Shown here: positions 28,659-38,739 of the stretch, one piece after another | Layout of the letters: every line of letters begins with the position of its first letter | Position numbering within the stretch: the first letter of the stretch is position 1 | Assembly: GCA_038874655.1 (NCBI GenBank) | Contig: JAVZBY010000003.1 | Location: 134,991-198,990 of the forward strand | Direction: 5' to 3' | Source: Candidatus Woesearchaeota archaeon | GTDB taxonomy: Archaea; Nanobdellota; Nanobdellia; Woesearchaeales; GW2011-AR15 | DNA: 64,000 nucleotides | Translations under genes and position numbers: made by a program | Notes under the pieces: generated by a model | What the model was told of the DNA's origin: nothing | The model's database searches: none | Seen by the model: the letters and a program-made list of their open reading frames with translations, nothing else

Positions 28659-29375
28659 ATGAAAAAAAAATTATTAATTATTCTTAGTATAATTATAATA
28701 ATACCTATATTATTATTAGCCTATTTTGGTTTTGTTCCTGTTTTATCAGAATTATTTAATAAACCAGTTGATTTAGGAATCAGATATACAGAGCAGGATT
28801 TAATTTCAGCACAACAAAAATCTGGAGTAATAAAAAAAGATCTTCCTAAAAATACATTAACAGAAAAAAGCATTTATTATGAAGGTAATAACAATGTTAA
28901 TACTTTTTTTACAAGCAAAGAATTAACAGCATGGGCAAACAGCCCTCATTGGAAATATTATCCATTAAAAGATGTTCAAATTAGAATAAATAATGACAAC
29001 ACTGCCGAAGTTTCTGGTAGAATTAAAACATCTGTTCTTGAAAATTATAAAAAATCTGTTAATCTAAAAGATGAAGAAGTTGATAAAGGTTTAAACTATA
29101 TTAAATACTTGCAAAACCCAACATTTTATGCAAAAGGAAAAGTGGAAATAAAAAATAATATTGTTGAATTAGATTACGAAACTATAAAAATAAATAATTT
29201 TGAGGTTCCAAAGGAATATGATAATAAAATAGAAAGCACTTCCACAAGGACATTGTACAACATAAAAAATTCTGTAAAAGGGTTAGATGTTCTAAATGTA
29301 AAAGAAATGAAAATTGAAAATGGTCAATTAAAATTTGATGGAACATTGCCAAAAGAAGAATATGGATTAAAATAG
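28659..29375 (+). CDS. hypothetical membrane-anchored exported protein
   Basis: N-terminal TM LLIILSIIIIIPILLLAYFGFVPV, then a soluble domain. Confidence 0.45.
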   Translation: MKKKLLIILSIIIIIPILLLAYFGFVPVLSELFNKPVDLGIRYTEQDLISAQQKSGVIKKDLPKNTLTEKSIYYEGNNNVNTFFTSKELTAWANSPHWKYYPLKDVQIRINNDNTAEVSGRIKTSVLENYKKSVNLKDEEVDKGLNYIKYLQNPTFYAKGKVEIKNNIVELDYETIKINNFEVPKEYDNKIESTSTRTLYNIKNSVKGLDVLNVKEMKIENGQLKFDGTLPKEEYGLK

Positions 29376-29421
29376 AAATTAATAAAATTTTTATTCTTTA
29401 TTTATAACTTTATTTATAAAG

Positions 29422-30117
29422 ATGAAAAGAAAAATATCTATAGTTATTCCTACCTTTAATGAAGAAAAATATTTACCAAAACTATTAAAATCAATTAAAT
29501 CTCAGTCCTTCAATGATTATGAAATCATTGTTGCAGATAATAACTCAAAAGACAAAACTATTCAAATAGCAAAAAAACATAATTGTAAAATAACAAAAGG
29601 AGGCATTCCATCTGTTGCAAGAAACAATGGTGCTAAAATAGCTAAATATGACTTATTATTTTTAGATAGTGATGTCATTTTACCTAAAGATTTTTTAAAA
29701 AATTTTTTAAAAAAGATAATTAATAATGATTTAGATTATGCCAGTTGTAGAATAGAACCTTTAACAAATAAAAACAAGATTAAATTTTCATTCATGTTAA
29801 AAAATATAGGAAATAAATTAATTCCCAATCATACTTCAGGACAATGTTTATTTGTAAAAAAAGATTGCTTTAATTCTATAAATGGATTTGATGAAAAACT
29901 TTATTTGGCAGAAGAACATGATTTTGTTGAAAGACTAAATAAAAGAAAATTTAAAGGTAAATTTTTTTTTGATACATTTGTTTATTGTGTTCCAAGAAGA
30001 CAAGAAAAAGAAGGAACTTATAGAACATTGATTAAAGATATTTATTCTGAATTATATAGAATTTTTATAGGTAAAATAAAAAAACCCATTTATAAAAAAG
30101 AATATGGGCATTATTAA
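29422..30117 (+). CDS. family 2 glycosyltransferase (dolichyl-phosphate sugar synthase-like)
   Basis: ISIVIPTFNEEKYL, DYEIIVADNNSKDKT, DSD. Confidence 0.8.
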   Translation: MKRKISIVIPTFNEEKYLPKLLKSIKSQSFNDYEIIVADNNSKDKTIQIAKKHNCKITKGGIPSVARNNGAKIAKYDLLFLDSDVILPKDFLKNFLKKIINNDLDYASCRIEPLTNKNKIKFSFMLKNIGNKLIPNHTSGQCLFVKKDCFNSINGFDEKLYLAEEHDFVERLNKRKFKGKFFFDTFVYCVPRRQEKEGTYRTLIKDIYSELYRIFIGKIKKPIYKKEYGHY

Positions 30118-30137
30118 AAAATAAAAAAATTTAAAAC

Positions 30138-31376
30138 TTAAATTTCGTGAAATTTTTCTTTTGTAATCTTAAAAAATAAAACAAAAGCAACCCAAGAAAC
30201 AAAAATTAAAAAACTTGAAATTATAATTGGAAAGTCAATTCTTATAGAAACAATAAAACCAGAAATTAAAGCAGGTAAAGACATTGCAAAACTTTGAACT
30301 GATTGAGAAATTCCCAAAATTTCTCCTTGTGATTCTTTATCTGCTAAGTTTGAAATAATTGCTGTTGCATTTGGTTGTGTTAAACCATTTGAAATAGCAA
30401 CAAAAGGAATTAAGTAATACAAATAAATCGCTTTATCTGGAAAGCTCATTGCAACTAAGCTTAATGATAATAAGATTAAACTAAATCTTAAAATTTGTTC
30501 TGGTAAAAATTTTTTTGATAATTGTCTCGTTAAAATTCCTTGTGTCAATGCAACACATAAACCCATATAAGCAAATAAATCCCCAATCTGACTTTGTGAA
30601 AAATTAAATTTTTCTATTAAGTAAACCTGTAAAAACTGTGTATAAAAATTAAAACCAATTGTAAATAAAAAGATAATCATAAACATTAATCTCAAATTTT
30701 TCATTGCAAATGCTTTTTTTAAATTTTTAAAACCTGTAAATACATTAATTTCCTTATGTAATTTATATTTTAAGGTTTCATTAAACCTAAAAATAACTAA
30801 AATTATATTAATTGCTGATAAAAAAGCAGCAAAAAATATAGGTGTTGTATTATTGAATAAATAAAAAAAAGTAGCGTCTGAAAGTTTTCCTCCTATAAAA
30901 GGTCCTAATATAAATCCTAATCCAAAAGCCATTCCTATTAAACCAAAATTTTTAGGCTTTTCTTGTTCATTACTTAAATCAGAGATTGCAGATAATGCAA
31001 TAGATATATTTCCCCCAGTAAAACCATCAATAATTCTTCCTATAAACAATAATAAAACATTTTTTGTTATTAAAGCAAAACCAAAAAATAAATATCCTAA
31101 AAAAGTGCCAAATAAAGAAATTAATAATATCTTTTTTCTTCCATATCTATCTGATAATGCACCTAATATTGGAGAACCAAAAAATTGTGCAATGGGAAAA
31201 CTTGATATTAATAAACCTAAAAGGATTGTTCTTTGTCTTAAAGAAAAATAGCTAGGTAAAATACCATTTGTATCTAAAAACAAATGCCCTAATATTGGAA
31301 TAACTAAACCAACACCTAATAAATCTAAAAAAACAGTAAAAAAAATAGTAAAAAGTTGTTTGTTTTGATTTTGCAT
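30138..31376 (-). CDS. MFS transporter
   Basis: 12 TM. GALSDRYGRKKILLISL (MFS motif A), GRIIDG. Confidence 0.8.
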   Translation of the reverse strand: MQNQNKQLFTIFFTVFLDLLGVGLVIPILGHLFLDTNGILPSYFSLRQRTILLGLLISSFPIAQFFGSPILGALSDRYGRKKILLISLFGTFLGYLFFGFALITKNVLLLFIGRIIDGFTGGNISIALSAISDLSNEQEKPKNFGLIGMAFGLGFILGPFIGGKLSDATFFYLFNNTTPIFFAAFLSAINIILVIFRFNETLKYKLHKEINVFTGFKNLKKAFAMKNLRLMFMIIFLFTIGFNFYTQFLQVYLIEKFNFSQSQIGDLFAYMGLCVALTQGILTRQLSKKFLPEQILRFSLILLSLSLVAMSFPDKAIYLYYLIPFVAISNGLTQPNATAIISNLADKESQGEILGISQSVQSFAMSLPALISGFIVSIRIDFPIIISSFLIFVSWVAFVLFFKITKEKFHEI

Positions 31377-31414
31377 TTTAAATTATATATGAAAAAAATT
31401 AATAAAAAATAGTT

Positions 31415-31696
31415 CTAATCTTCTTTTTCATCGTTTATATCTGATTCATGTAATTCTTCTAATTCTTCTTCAATCTCTTCTTCAACTTTTTCTTGTCTTT
31501 CTTCTTGCATCTCTAAATCTTTTACAACATCTGCTAATTTTAACCTTAATTCTTGCTCTGAAATCACTCCTTTCTGTATCAATAGATCTATTAAAGTATT
31601 CAAAACTATATTATTATTTTGTACAATATCCTCTATTGTAATATCATGTCCATGATTATGCCCACATTCACATGAACCATCTTCACAACATCCCAT
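31415..31696 (-). CDS. small protein with N-terminal Cys/His metal-binding cluster and acidic tail
   Basis: MGCCEDGSCECGHNHGHD followed by helical Glu-rich sequence. Last gene of the copper operon. Confidence 0.4.
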   Translation of the reverse strand: MGCCEDGSCECGHNHGHDITIEDIVQNNNIVLNTLIDLLIQKGVISEQELRLKLADVVKDLEMQEERQEKVEEEIEEELEELHESDINDEKED

Positions 31697-31784
31697 TTTG
31701 ATTTCCTCCTTAAAGTTTTATTTTCTTATATTTATTCAAAACAAAAAGTTAGAGTTTTTAATTATTATTAAATCTATGGTTTTA

Positions 31785-34049
31785 TTAATCAATATTATCC
31801 TTACTCATTAACAATGTATTACTAACAACACTAACACTTGAAAAAGCCATTGCTGTTCCTGCAATAATAGGGCTTAATAACAAAGGATAAAATAATCCTG
31901 TAGCAATTGGTATTCCTAAAACATTATAAAAAAATGCCCAAAATAAATTTTGCTTTATTTTTCTGATTGTTAATTTACTTAGATTTATTGCTTTAACAAA
32001 AGACATTAAATCATTATTCATTAAGATTATATCACCTGTTTCCATTGCTATATCTGTTCCTGATCTCATTACAACTCCAATATCTGCCTGAGCTAATGCT
32101 GGTGCATCATTTATTCCATCTCCTACCATAGCAACATATCCCTTTTTTTCAGATTGTAATTTTTTAACATAATTTAATTTTTCATCAGGTAAAACATTAG
32201 CAAAATAATTTATTTTTAACTCATTAGCAATTGATTTTGCTGTTTTTTCATTATCGCCTGTTATCATATAAATCTCCATCTCTTGTTCCTTTAATTTATT
32301 GATAACCTCAATAGCATTTTCTCTTAATTTGTCTTTAATTCCAATGACACCTAATAAACTAAAGTATTCTTTTTTGTTTTTTAGAGTTTTCTCAGCAACT
32401 AAAACTATTGTTTTTCCTTCATTTTGAAGTTTATCTAAAATTTCAAAATATTCTTTCTTTAAAACTATTTTATTTTTTTCTAAGAATTCTTTTATGAAAT
32501 TTAAACTTCCAACAAAATATTCCTTATTTAATATTACTCCTTTAATCCCTTTACCAGAAAAAGATTTAAAATTTTTAACATTATAATATTCTTTTGAAAT
32601 TTTTTCATACTCATTAAGAATTGCCTCTCCTAAAGGATGCTCTGAATTTTTTTCAATTGATGCAACAATCTTTAAAAAACCTTCTTTTGTTAATTTATAT
32701 TTATCATTAGAAAATATAATAACATCTGAAACAACTGGTTTTCCAACTGTTAATGTTCCTGTCTTATCAAAAACAACATACTTTACTTTATGCAATTTTT
32801 CTAATGCCTCAGCGCTTTTTATTAAAATACCTTTTTGAGCTCCTAAGCCAGTTCCAACCATTATTGCTGTTGGAGTAGCTAATCCTAATGCACATGGACA
32901 TGCAATTACTAAAACAGAAACAGAATTAATTATAGCCAATTCTAAATTTTTAAAAACAAAAAACCAAATACTAAAAGTTATTAAAGAGATTAATAAAACA
33001 ATAGGCACAAAATAACTTGAAATTAAGTCCGCATATCTTTGTATAGGTGCTTTTTTATTTTGTGCATCTTCTATTAATTTAATAATATTGGCTAATGTTG
33101 TATTTTCTCCAACAGAGGTAGCTTTAAATTTAAAACTTCCATTTTTATTAATAGTCCCTGCAAAAACCTTATCATTTATTTTCTTTTCAATTGGCAAATG
33201 CTCCCCAGTAAGCATACTTTCATCAACAAAAGAATTTCCTTCTATAATAAATCCATCAACTGGTATTTTTTCTCCTGGTTTCACAAATAAAACATCATTT
33301 TCTTTAACTTCATCAACACTAATTTTAATTTCTTGTCCATTTTTTATTAGAGTTGCAATTTTCGGACTTAGATCAATTAATTTTTTAATTGCTTCATTTG
33401 TTTTTGACTTTGCTTTTGCTTCTAAATATTTGCCTAATAGAACCAAAGTAATAATTATAGTTGATGCTTCAAAATACAAACCATCTCCACCAATTATCAT
33501 AGAATAAATACTGAAAAAATAAGCTGCACTTGTTCCTAATGCTATCAATGTATCCATATTAGCAGTTTTATTTCTAAGAGAAGCAAAAGCTCCTTTATAG
33601 AATCTCCTCCCAGAAATAAATTGCACTGGTGTTGCTAAATAAAATAAAATTAATTCTTGATAAGGAATCATTATTTTTAAAAACATAAATACCATACCTA
33701 TAATAAAAGAAGGAATTGCAAAAATACTTGAAAATATTAATAAAAACTTTAATTCCTTTAATTCTTTTTTCTGACTTATTTTTTCATCAAAATTAAAAAC
33801 AACTCTATAACCCAATGAATTAATTATATTAATTATTTTTTCATCATTAACCGAATTTCTATCATATTCAACAAATGCTTTTCCATTTGCATAATTAACA
33901 TTAACTTCATTAATGCCATTTATCTTTGTCAATGATCTTGTAATTAATAATGAACAACTAGCACAATGCATTCCTGTAATTGAAAATGTTTTTTTTACTA
34001 GATTTATATTATTAATGTTATTATTAAGATTATTACTATTATTTTTCAT
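31785..34049 (-). CDS. copA: copper-translocating P1B-type ATPase
   Basis: N-terminal HMA GMHCASC, CPC motif [27 protein letters not shown], and the TM MxxSS-like region. Confidence 0.9.
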   Translation of the reverse strand: MKNNSNNLNNNINNINLVKKTFSITGMHCASCSLLITRSLTKINGINEVNVNYANGKAFVEYDRNSVNDEKIINIINSLGYRVVFNFDEKISQKKELKELKFLLIFSSIFAIPSFIIGMVFMFLKIMIPYQELILFYLATPVQFISGRRFYKGAFASLRNKTANMDTLIALGTSAAYFFSIYSMIIGGDGLYFEASTIIITLVLLGKYLEAKAKSKTNEAIKKLIDLSPKIATLIKNGQEIKISVDEVKENDVLFVKPGEKIPVDGFIIEGNSFVDESMLTGEHLPIEKKINDKVFAGTINKNGSFKFKATSVGENTTLANIIKLIEDAQNKKAPIQRYADLISSYFVPIVLLISLITFSIWFFVFKNLELAIINSVSVLVIACPCALGLATPTAIMVGTGLGAQKGILIKSAEALEKLHKVKYVVFDKTGTLTVGKPVVSDVIIFSNDKYKLTKEGFLKIVASIEKNSEHPLGEAILNEYEKISKEYYNVKNFKSFSGKGIKGVILNKEYFVGSLNFIKEFLEKNKIVLKKEYFEILDKLQNEGKTIVLVAEKTLKNKKEYFSLLGVIGIKDKLRENAIEVINKLKEQEMEIYMITGDNEKTAKSIANELKINYFANVLPDEKLNYVKKLQSEKKGYVAMVGDGINDAPALAQADIGVVMRSGTDIAMETGDIILMNNDLMSFVKAINLSKLTIRKIKQNLFWAFFYNVLGIPIATGLFYPLLLSPIIAGTAMAFSSVSVVSNTLLMSKDNID

Positions 34050-34053
34050 TTTA

Positions 34054-34815
34054 TCATCTCAAATCTGATTCAATTAAAGGAATAAAATGAGTCATATCAA
34101 TAATAGAGTTAGTTTTATTTATAATACCAACAACATGCACATTTATTCCAAAAAAATCATCAATCTTATCACCTGATTTTTGAAATAATTTTTCTGAAAT
34201 CATCATACTTGCTTCATCAAATCCAATAACAACAGGATAATATGTTTTTCCGTTAATTATCTTCACATTATAATCTTTTATGTTGCCCTCCATTAACTCT
34301 AAATTGGGTTTATCTCCTAAACTATAACTATAAAATAATTTAGGCATTCCTTTATTTGTAAATTTAATAAAAAGTTTATTTTCAATTCCATTTATTTTAT
34401 AAAAATTTTCCTCAGATAAAAAATGCATATCATCAATCATTGTATTTGTTTTTTTCAATACGCCACCTATTTGGACATTTATGCCAAAAAAATTGTTTAT
34501 ATTATCATCAATTTTTGAAAATAGTTTTTCATTTTTCATCATTTCTGCCTCATTAAAACCTAAAACAATTTTATTATTTTCAATAGAAATTTTTCCATCA
34601 TTTAGTTTTAGTTTTTTTAATTCCTGCTCATTCACATAAGAAAAAACTTTCATTTCATTTTTCTCACTAAAATCTACTTTCATTTTTAAATTTTTAAAAA
34701 AATTTTCATCTATCATAACTGGTGAATATCTAAAATAAAAAAATGTGCCAATGAAAAGCATTATAGTTGTAATTATTATTGCAAATTTCATTAAAATCTG
34801 CCCCCGCAACCACAT
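34054..34815 (-). CDS. membrane-anchored exported protein with internal tandem duplication (unknown function)
   Basis: [36 protein letters not shown] is repeated as [36 protein letters not shown]. Confidence 0.45.
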   Translation of the reverse strand: MWLRGQILMKFAIIITTIMLFIGTFFYFRYSPVMIDENFFKNLKMKVDFSEKNEMKVFSYVNEQELKKLKLNDGKISIENNKIVLGFNEAEMMKNEKLFSKIDDNINNFFGINVQIGGVLKKTNTMIDDMHFLSEENFYKINGIENKLFIKFTNKGMPKLFYSYSLGDKPNLELMEGNIKDYNVKIINGKTYYPVVIGFDEASMMISEKLFQKSGDKIDDFFGINVHVVGIINKTNSIIDMTHFIPLIESDLR

Positions 34816-35384
34816 CCTATTCTTGTAGTTTGATTATTATCTTGATTTGTTTTTTCTTCATTATTATCTTCTTTGGTGTTTTCATAAGATTGTGTTTTCA
34901 ATTCATTATTCTTTGACTCATCTATCTTTGAATCATCTGAAACAACATCAAAATAGCCAACATACATATTCATAGAGCATTGTATTCTTATTCTTCCTTC
35001 TTTTGTTGGAGTAAATTCTATAATATTATCTCCTTGCCTCACATTTTTAAAGACATTAAACTGAGGAATTACTATTGATCTTGCACAACCATAAACAGAA
35101 TTTAAATCAACCAGCATCTTAACAGGAACATCTTTTTTTAAAACACTCGGCTGTAATTCATAATTTCCTTTAGCATTTATAATTAAATTAACATTTTGAA
35201 AACCAAAATCTTGATTATTAATATTATTTAAATTTGCATTATTATTTACATTAATATTTTGATTAATACTTTGTTCTTTTGTGTTTTCTTTCAAAATATT
35301 AAAATCATTCATCAATATATTTCTTGAAGAGATAATTGTTAATAATAAAATAACAATTCCAAAGACAATAACGACTGTTTTCAT
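34791..35384 (-). CDS. exported cupredoxin-like domain protein with C-terminal CGCGG motif
   Basis: VKMLVDLNSVYGCARSIVIPQFN...IIEFTPTKEGRIRIQCSMNMYVGYFDVV resembles the cupredoxin_1 fold signature. N-terminal TM. Confidence 0.45.
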   Translation of the reverse strand: MKTVVIVFGIVILLLTIISSRNILMNDFNILKENTKEQSINQNINVNNNANLNNINNQDFGFQNVNLIINAKGNYELQPSVLKKDVPVKMLVDLNSVYGCARSIVIPQFNVFKNVRQGDNIIEFTPTKEGRIRIQCSMNMYVGYFDVVSDDSKIDESKNNELKTQSYENTKEDNNEEKTNQDNNQTTRIGCGCGGRF

Positions 35385-35433
35385 TTTTTCACCTTTTTCA
35401 TTTAAAATTTTTTAATATTGTTAATTTTTAAAA

Positions 35434-36330
35434 TCAAATAGCTAAAACTGACTTAGGACCAAAATAAATTATTAAAAGCAATAAAATCAAAAACAATGCT
35501 GAATATGAAGCTAATGTTAAAAAATCAATATTATTAATCTCATATTTTTTATTTTCTGCTAATTCTTCATAAATCATATATGATAAAAATAAAAAGATTA
35601 ATCCATTTAAGAAAAAATAAATCGGACTAAAGATATTCAAATTATCATTTAATAACATTACTGAAATCATTGCTCCCATTGTTCCTGCCATTATGCCAGA
35701 CATTGAACCCTGTAAAGCACCCATAATACCACAACATTGTCCAGTAATAAAACCAACAAAAAAACCTATTAACATTCCTACTAATGCTCCAATAAAAAAG
35801 CCATTTGTTATTCCAAAGATATAACCAATCATCATTCCTGACTGCATCCCAAAGGTCATTCCAATCATCATTCCTGTCATGCATGTAATTTTAGTTTTAT
35901 AACTTAAAAAGTGCCATAAAACACTTGAAATTATTGCTAAACTAAAATTCAAGTAAATAAAATATTGTAAATATTTTACAAAAGATAATTTAAAAGCAAA
36001 AACAAAAACAGCATTAACAAAAATTAAAACAAAAAATAAAGAAATAAAATATTTTATTAATTTGTATTCTAAAAAATATTTATGCTTATTTTCAATAAAA
36101 TCCCTAAATCTTTCTGAAAATGTTTTTCTTTCAAAGCTTAATGAAGCCCTATAACCTAATTCTTTTATTTTTTTGATATATTTTTCAGGTTTTTCAGATT
36201 CATCTATCTCAATATGATCATTATTAATTTTTACATTTTTATCATTACTAAATGCCTTTTCTAAAACTTTTACACAACTCTCGCATTCAATATCTGGAAT
36301 ATAAATTTTTGTTTTTTTCATATAAATCAA
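35434..36330 (-). CDS. HMA (CxxC) domain fused to a Met/Gly-rich polytopic membrane domain (Ctr-like MxxxM motifs)
   Basis: N-terminal IPDIECESCVKVLEKA ferredoxin-like HMA, then TM helices MTGMMIGMTFGMQSGMMIGYIFG...GQCCGIMGALQGSMSGIMAGTMGAM. Confidence 0.6.
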   Translation of the reverse strand: MIYMKKTKIYIPDIECESCVKVLEKAFSNDKNVKINNDHIEIDESEKPEKYIKKIKELGYRASLSFERKTFSERFRDFIENKHKYFLEYKLIKYFISLFFVLIFVNAVFVFAFKLSFVKYLQYFIYLNFSLAIISSVLWHFLSYKTKITCMTGMMIGMTFGMQSGMMIGYIFGITNGFFIGALVGMLIGFFVGFITGQCCGIMGALQGSMSGIMAGTMGAMISVMLLNDNLNIFSPIYFFLNGLIFLFLSYMIYEELAENKKYEINNIDFLTLASYSALFLILLLLIIYFGPKSVLAI

Positions 36331-36521
36331 CCTAAAACTTTATAGCCTTCATCCTCAATTATTTTTTTAATATCCTCAAAAGAGATTTTTTTATCATCAA
36401 ACTCAACATCTGCTTTTCCAATAACTACATTTGCTTTAACTCCTTTTTCTTCCAAAGCAATCTTTATCAAACTAACACAACTTTTACAATGCATACCATT
36501 AATAATCATAGTTTTTTTCAT
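36327..36521 (-). CDS. copZ: copper chaperone
   Basis: 64 aa, INGMHCKSCVSLI HMA fold. ATGA overlap with the downstream gene. Confidence 0.85.
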   Translation of the reverse strand: MKKTMIINGMHCKSCVSLIKIALEEKGVKANVVIGKADVEFDDKKISFEDIKKIIEDEGYKVLG

Positions 36522-36632
36522 AAAAAAGAGAAGAATGAAACACCTTAAAAAGTATTATTTGAAATTAACATGAAACTAGTTTCAATTTAAAAAAATAAAT
36601 AAAATAAAAAATATAAAAAGAAATATGATTAA

Positions 36633-37202
36633 TCAATTCCTCAATATCACAACATTAGTCATTCCTCTTCTCTTTCTTTCAATTAAACCCTTTCCTTCTA
36701 ATTTATCTAAAATCCTGGTTATTTTTACTTTGCTATAATTAGTTTTCTCAACCAATTCTGATTGAAATATTGTTCCTTGTGATTCTACTATTTTATCATA
36801 TACTAATTTTTCATCAGGCAATAAATCCAAAATTCTTTTTTTTATTATTTCTTTTTCTGTTTTTTCAGATTCTTCATTTTTTTCAATAATAAAATTTCTT
36901 TTAAACTTGCTCTCAAACAAAAAATAAATTCCTAAAGCAATCAAAGAAACAGATAAAACACTTCCAAAAATATACACTAAAAAATTTCTGTTTTCATGCA
37001 AGCAAGTTCCATCATCTAAAAAACAAGTTCCTTCATTTTTAACATATAGATTAATATAATAATCTTCTCTTGCTTTAAACATAAAAAGCATAACAGCAAG
37101 TAAAATCCCAATAAAAATAACAACAAAAGCAAAATTTTTATTCATAATAATTTGTAAAATATTTAAATTTAAAAAAGTTATTTTTAATTTCTCTAAAATC
37201 AT
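36633..37202 (-). CDS. membrane-anchored winged-helix transcriptional regulator with extracytoplasmic Cys pair
   Basis: Two TM segments flanking CFLDDGTCLHENRNF. C-terminal wHTH SELVEKTNYSKVKITRILDKLEGKGLIERKRRG. Confidence 0.5.
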   Translation of the reverse strand: MILEKLKITFLNLNILQIIMNKNFAFVVIFIGILLAVMLFMFKAREDYYINLYVKNEGTCFLDDGTCLHENRNFLVYIFGSVLSVSLIALGIYFLFESKFKRNFIIEKNEESEKTEKEIIKKRILDLLPDEKLVYDKIVESQGTIFQSELVEKTNYSKVKITRILDKLEGKGLIERKRRGMTNVVILRN

Positions 37203-37226
37203 ATTTTATTAAAATGCTACATAAAA

Positions 37227-37868
37227 TTAGTCAAAATAAAAATTAAATCTTTTTTCATCACACATTAAGCCTATAATAACATTAGGACTATCCCATTTTA
37301 TTTGATTATAAGATTCAATATCCTGATTAGAAAAAATACAATGTAAAATAGGATGTGTATGTAATTCAATTAGAGTTTTATCATCACAAATTTCAGATAC
37401 TACTTTATAAACATCACTTCCATAAATTTTTGGTATATAAATTCCTTTAACATTATAAACTTGATAACCTAAATTTTGCTCATTGGAGATATTACCATAT
37501 AAACACATCTTAATTTCTGATTTTTGATTTTGTCTAAATATAGAAAGTAATGCATTGTAATTTTCTTTCCCAATGATAATTTTCTTATTATTCAAGATTA
37601 TTTCATAATTATCATTAATTTCAGTACTTATAATTTTTCCAAATAATATATTTAATATATGAAATCCCAACAAATTACTAATAAGCAAAAAAATAATAAA
37701 AAATGTGATTAAAATAATATAGGTTTTTTTAAGAATTTTTTTTAATTCTGATTCTTCTTGTTGTGATTCTAAAATTTCATCTTCTAACTCAATTAAATTA
37801 TATTCCAAATTTTCTTCAGATTTATTCAAATTCTTTAAATTATCTTCATTATTTTGTTTTTTGCTCAT
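37227..37868 (-). CDS. membrane-anchored JAMM/MPN+ motif protein (putative metalloprotease/deubiquitinase-like)
   Basis: E...HTHPILHCIFSNQD = HxHx7Sx2D JAMM motif with upstream Glu. N-terminal TM ILITFFIIFLLISNLLGF. Start taken at MSKKQ. Confidence 0.5.
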   Translation of the reverse strand: MSKKQNNEDNLKNLNKSEENLEYNLIELEDEILESQQEESELKKILKKTYIILITFFIIFLLISNLLGFHILNILFGKIISTEINDNYEIILNNKKIIIGKENYNALLSIFRQNQKSEIKMCLYGNISNEQNLGYQVYNVKGIYIPKIYGSDVYKVVSEICDDKTLIELHTHPILHCIFSNQDIESYNQIKWDSPNVIIGLMCDEKRFNFYFD

Positions 37869-38629
37869 AAATAAACACTCAATAATATAATTAAACCTAA
37901 TACAAAACAATATATTGAGAAATAACTAAATTTGTTGGTTTTAATAATTCGTAGTAAAAATTTCAATGATAAATATCCAGAAATCATTGAAAACAAAACT
38001 CCAATAAATGCAAAACTTAAATTTTCAATTTGCCCAATATTTCTAATTTCTAAAATTGTTGCACCAAAAATTGGTGGGATAGCCATTAAAAAAGAAAATT
38101 TTGCTGCTTCCTCTTGCTTTATTCCTTGAATTAATCCTGTTGAAATTGTAATTCCTGATCTAGAAACACCAGGTAAAATTGCAATTGCTTGACTTACACC
38201 CATTAAAAATGTGTTTAAAAAATTTAAATTCTTATCTTTTATTTTTGGATATTTTGATAAAAATAAAACTATTGAAGTAAATATCCATGCAAAACCTACA
38301 AAAGCTAAATTTGAAAATGCTCTCTCTATATAATCATTTAAAAAAAAACCAACTAATGTAATAGGAATTGATGCAAAAATTAACATTAAAGCTAAATTTA
38401 TATATTTCTTTTCTCTTTTTAAAACACCTAAAATTAATTCTAAAATTTCCTTTCTAAAAACAAATAAAATTACTAATAAAGAACCAAAATGCAACAACAC
38501 ATCAAAAATTATTGGTTGCTTTATTTTAAAAATAGTTTGAAACAAAACTAAATGTCCTGAACTACTTATAGGAAGCCACTCAGTAATGCCTTGTATAATA
38601 CCTAAAATTATTGCTTCAATTAGATTCAT
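37865..38629 (-). CDS. uppP: undecaprenyl-diphosphatase (BacA/UppP family)
   Basis: GIIQGITEWLPISSSGHL and PGVSRSGITIS motifs. Confidence 0.85.
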   Translation of the reverse strand: MNLIEAIILGIIQGITEWLPISSSGHLVLFQTIFKIKQPIIFDVLLHFGSLLVILFVFRKEILELILGVLKREKKYINLALMLIFASIPITLVGFFLNDYIERAFSNLAFVGFAWIFTSIVLFLSKYPKIKDKNLNFLNTFLMGVSQAIAILPGVSRSGITISTGLIQGIKQEEAAKFSFLMAIPPIFGATILEIRNIGQIENLSFAFIGVLFSMISGYLSLKFLLRIIKTNKFSYFSIYCFVLGLIILLSVYL

Positions 38630-38739
38630 AATATAAAGAAAATTTTTATTACTTAAATATTATTGCTTAAATTATAAGTAAATAAAAAAACAATATAGTG
38701 ATAAAGAAAATATAAAATTTTATTATATAGTAATTAATT

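Noticed and set aside
33088-33507. 139-aa plus-strand ORF inside copA
   Set aside because: Antisense to a P-type ATPase with all diagnostic motifs intact.
35645-35884. 79-aa Trp/Asn-rich ORF overlapping the HMA-membrane fusion gene in another frame
   Set aside because: Fully nested in a better-supported ORF. The odd composition (W, N, D) is typical of an off-frame reading of Met/Gly codons.
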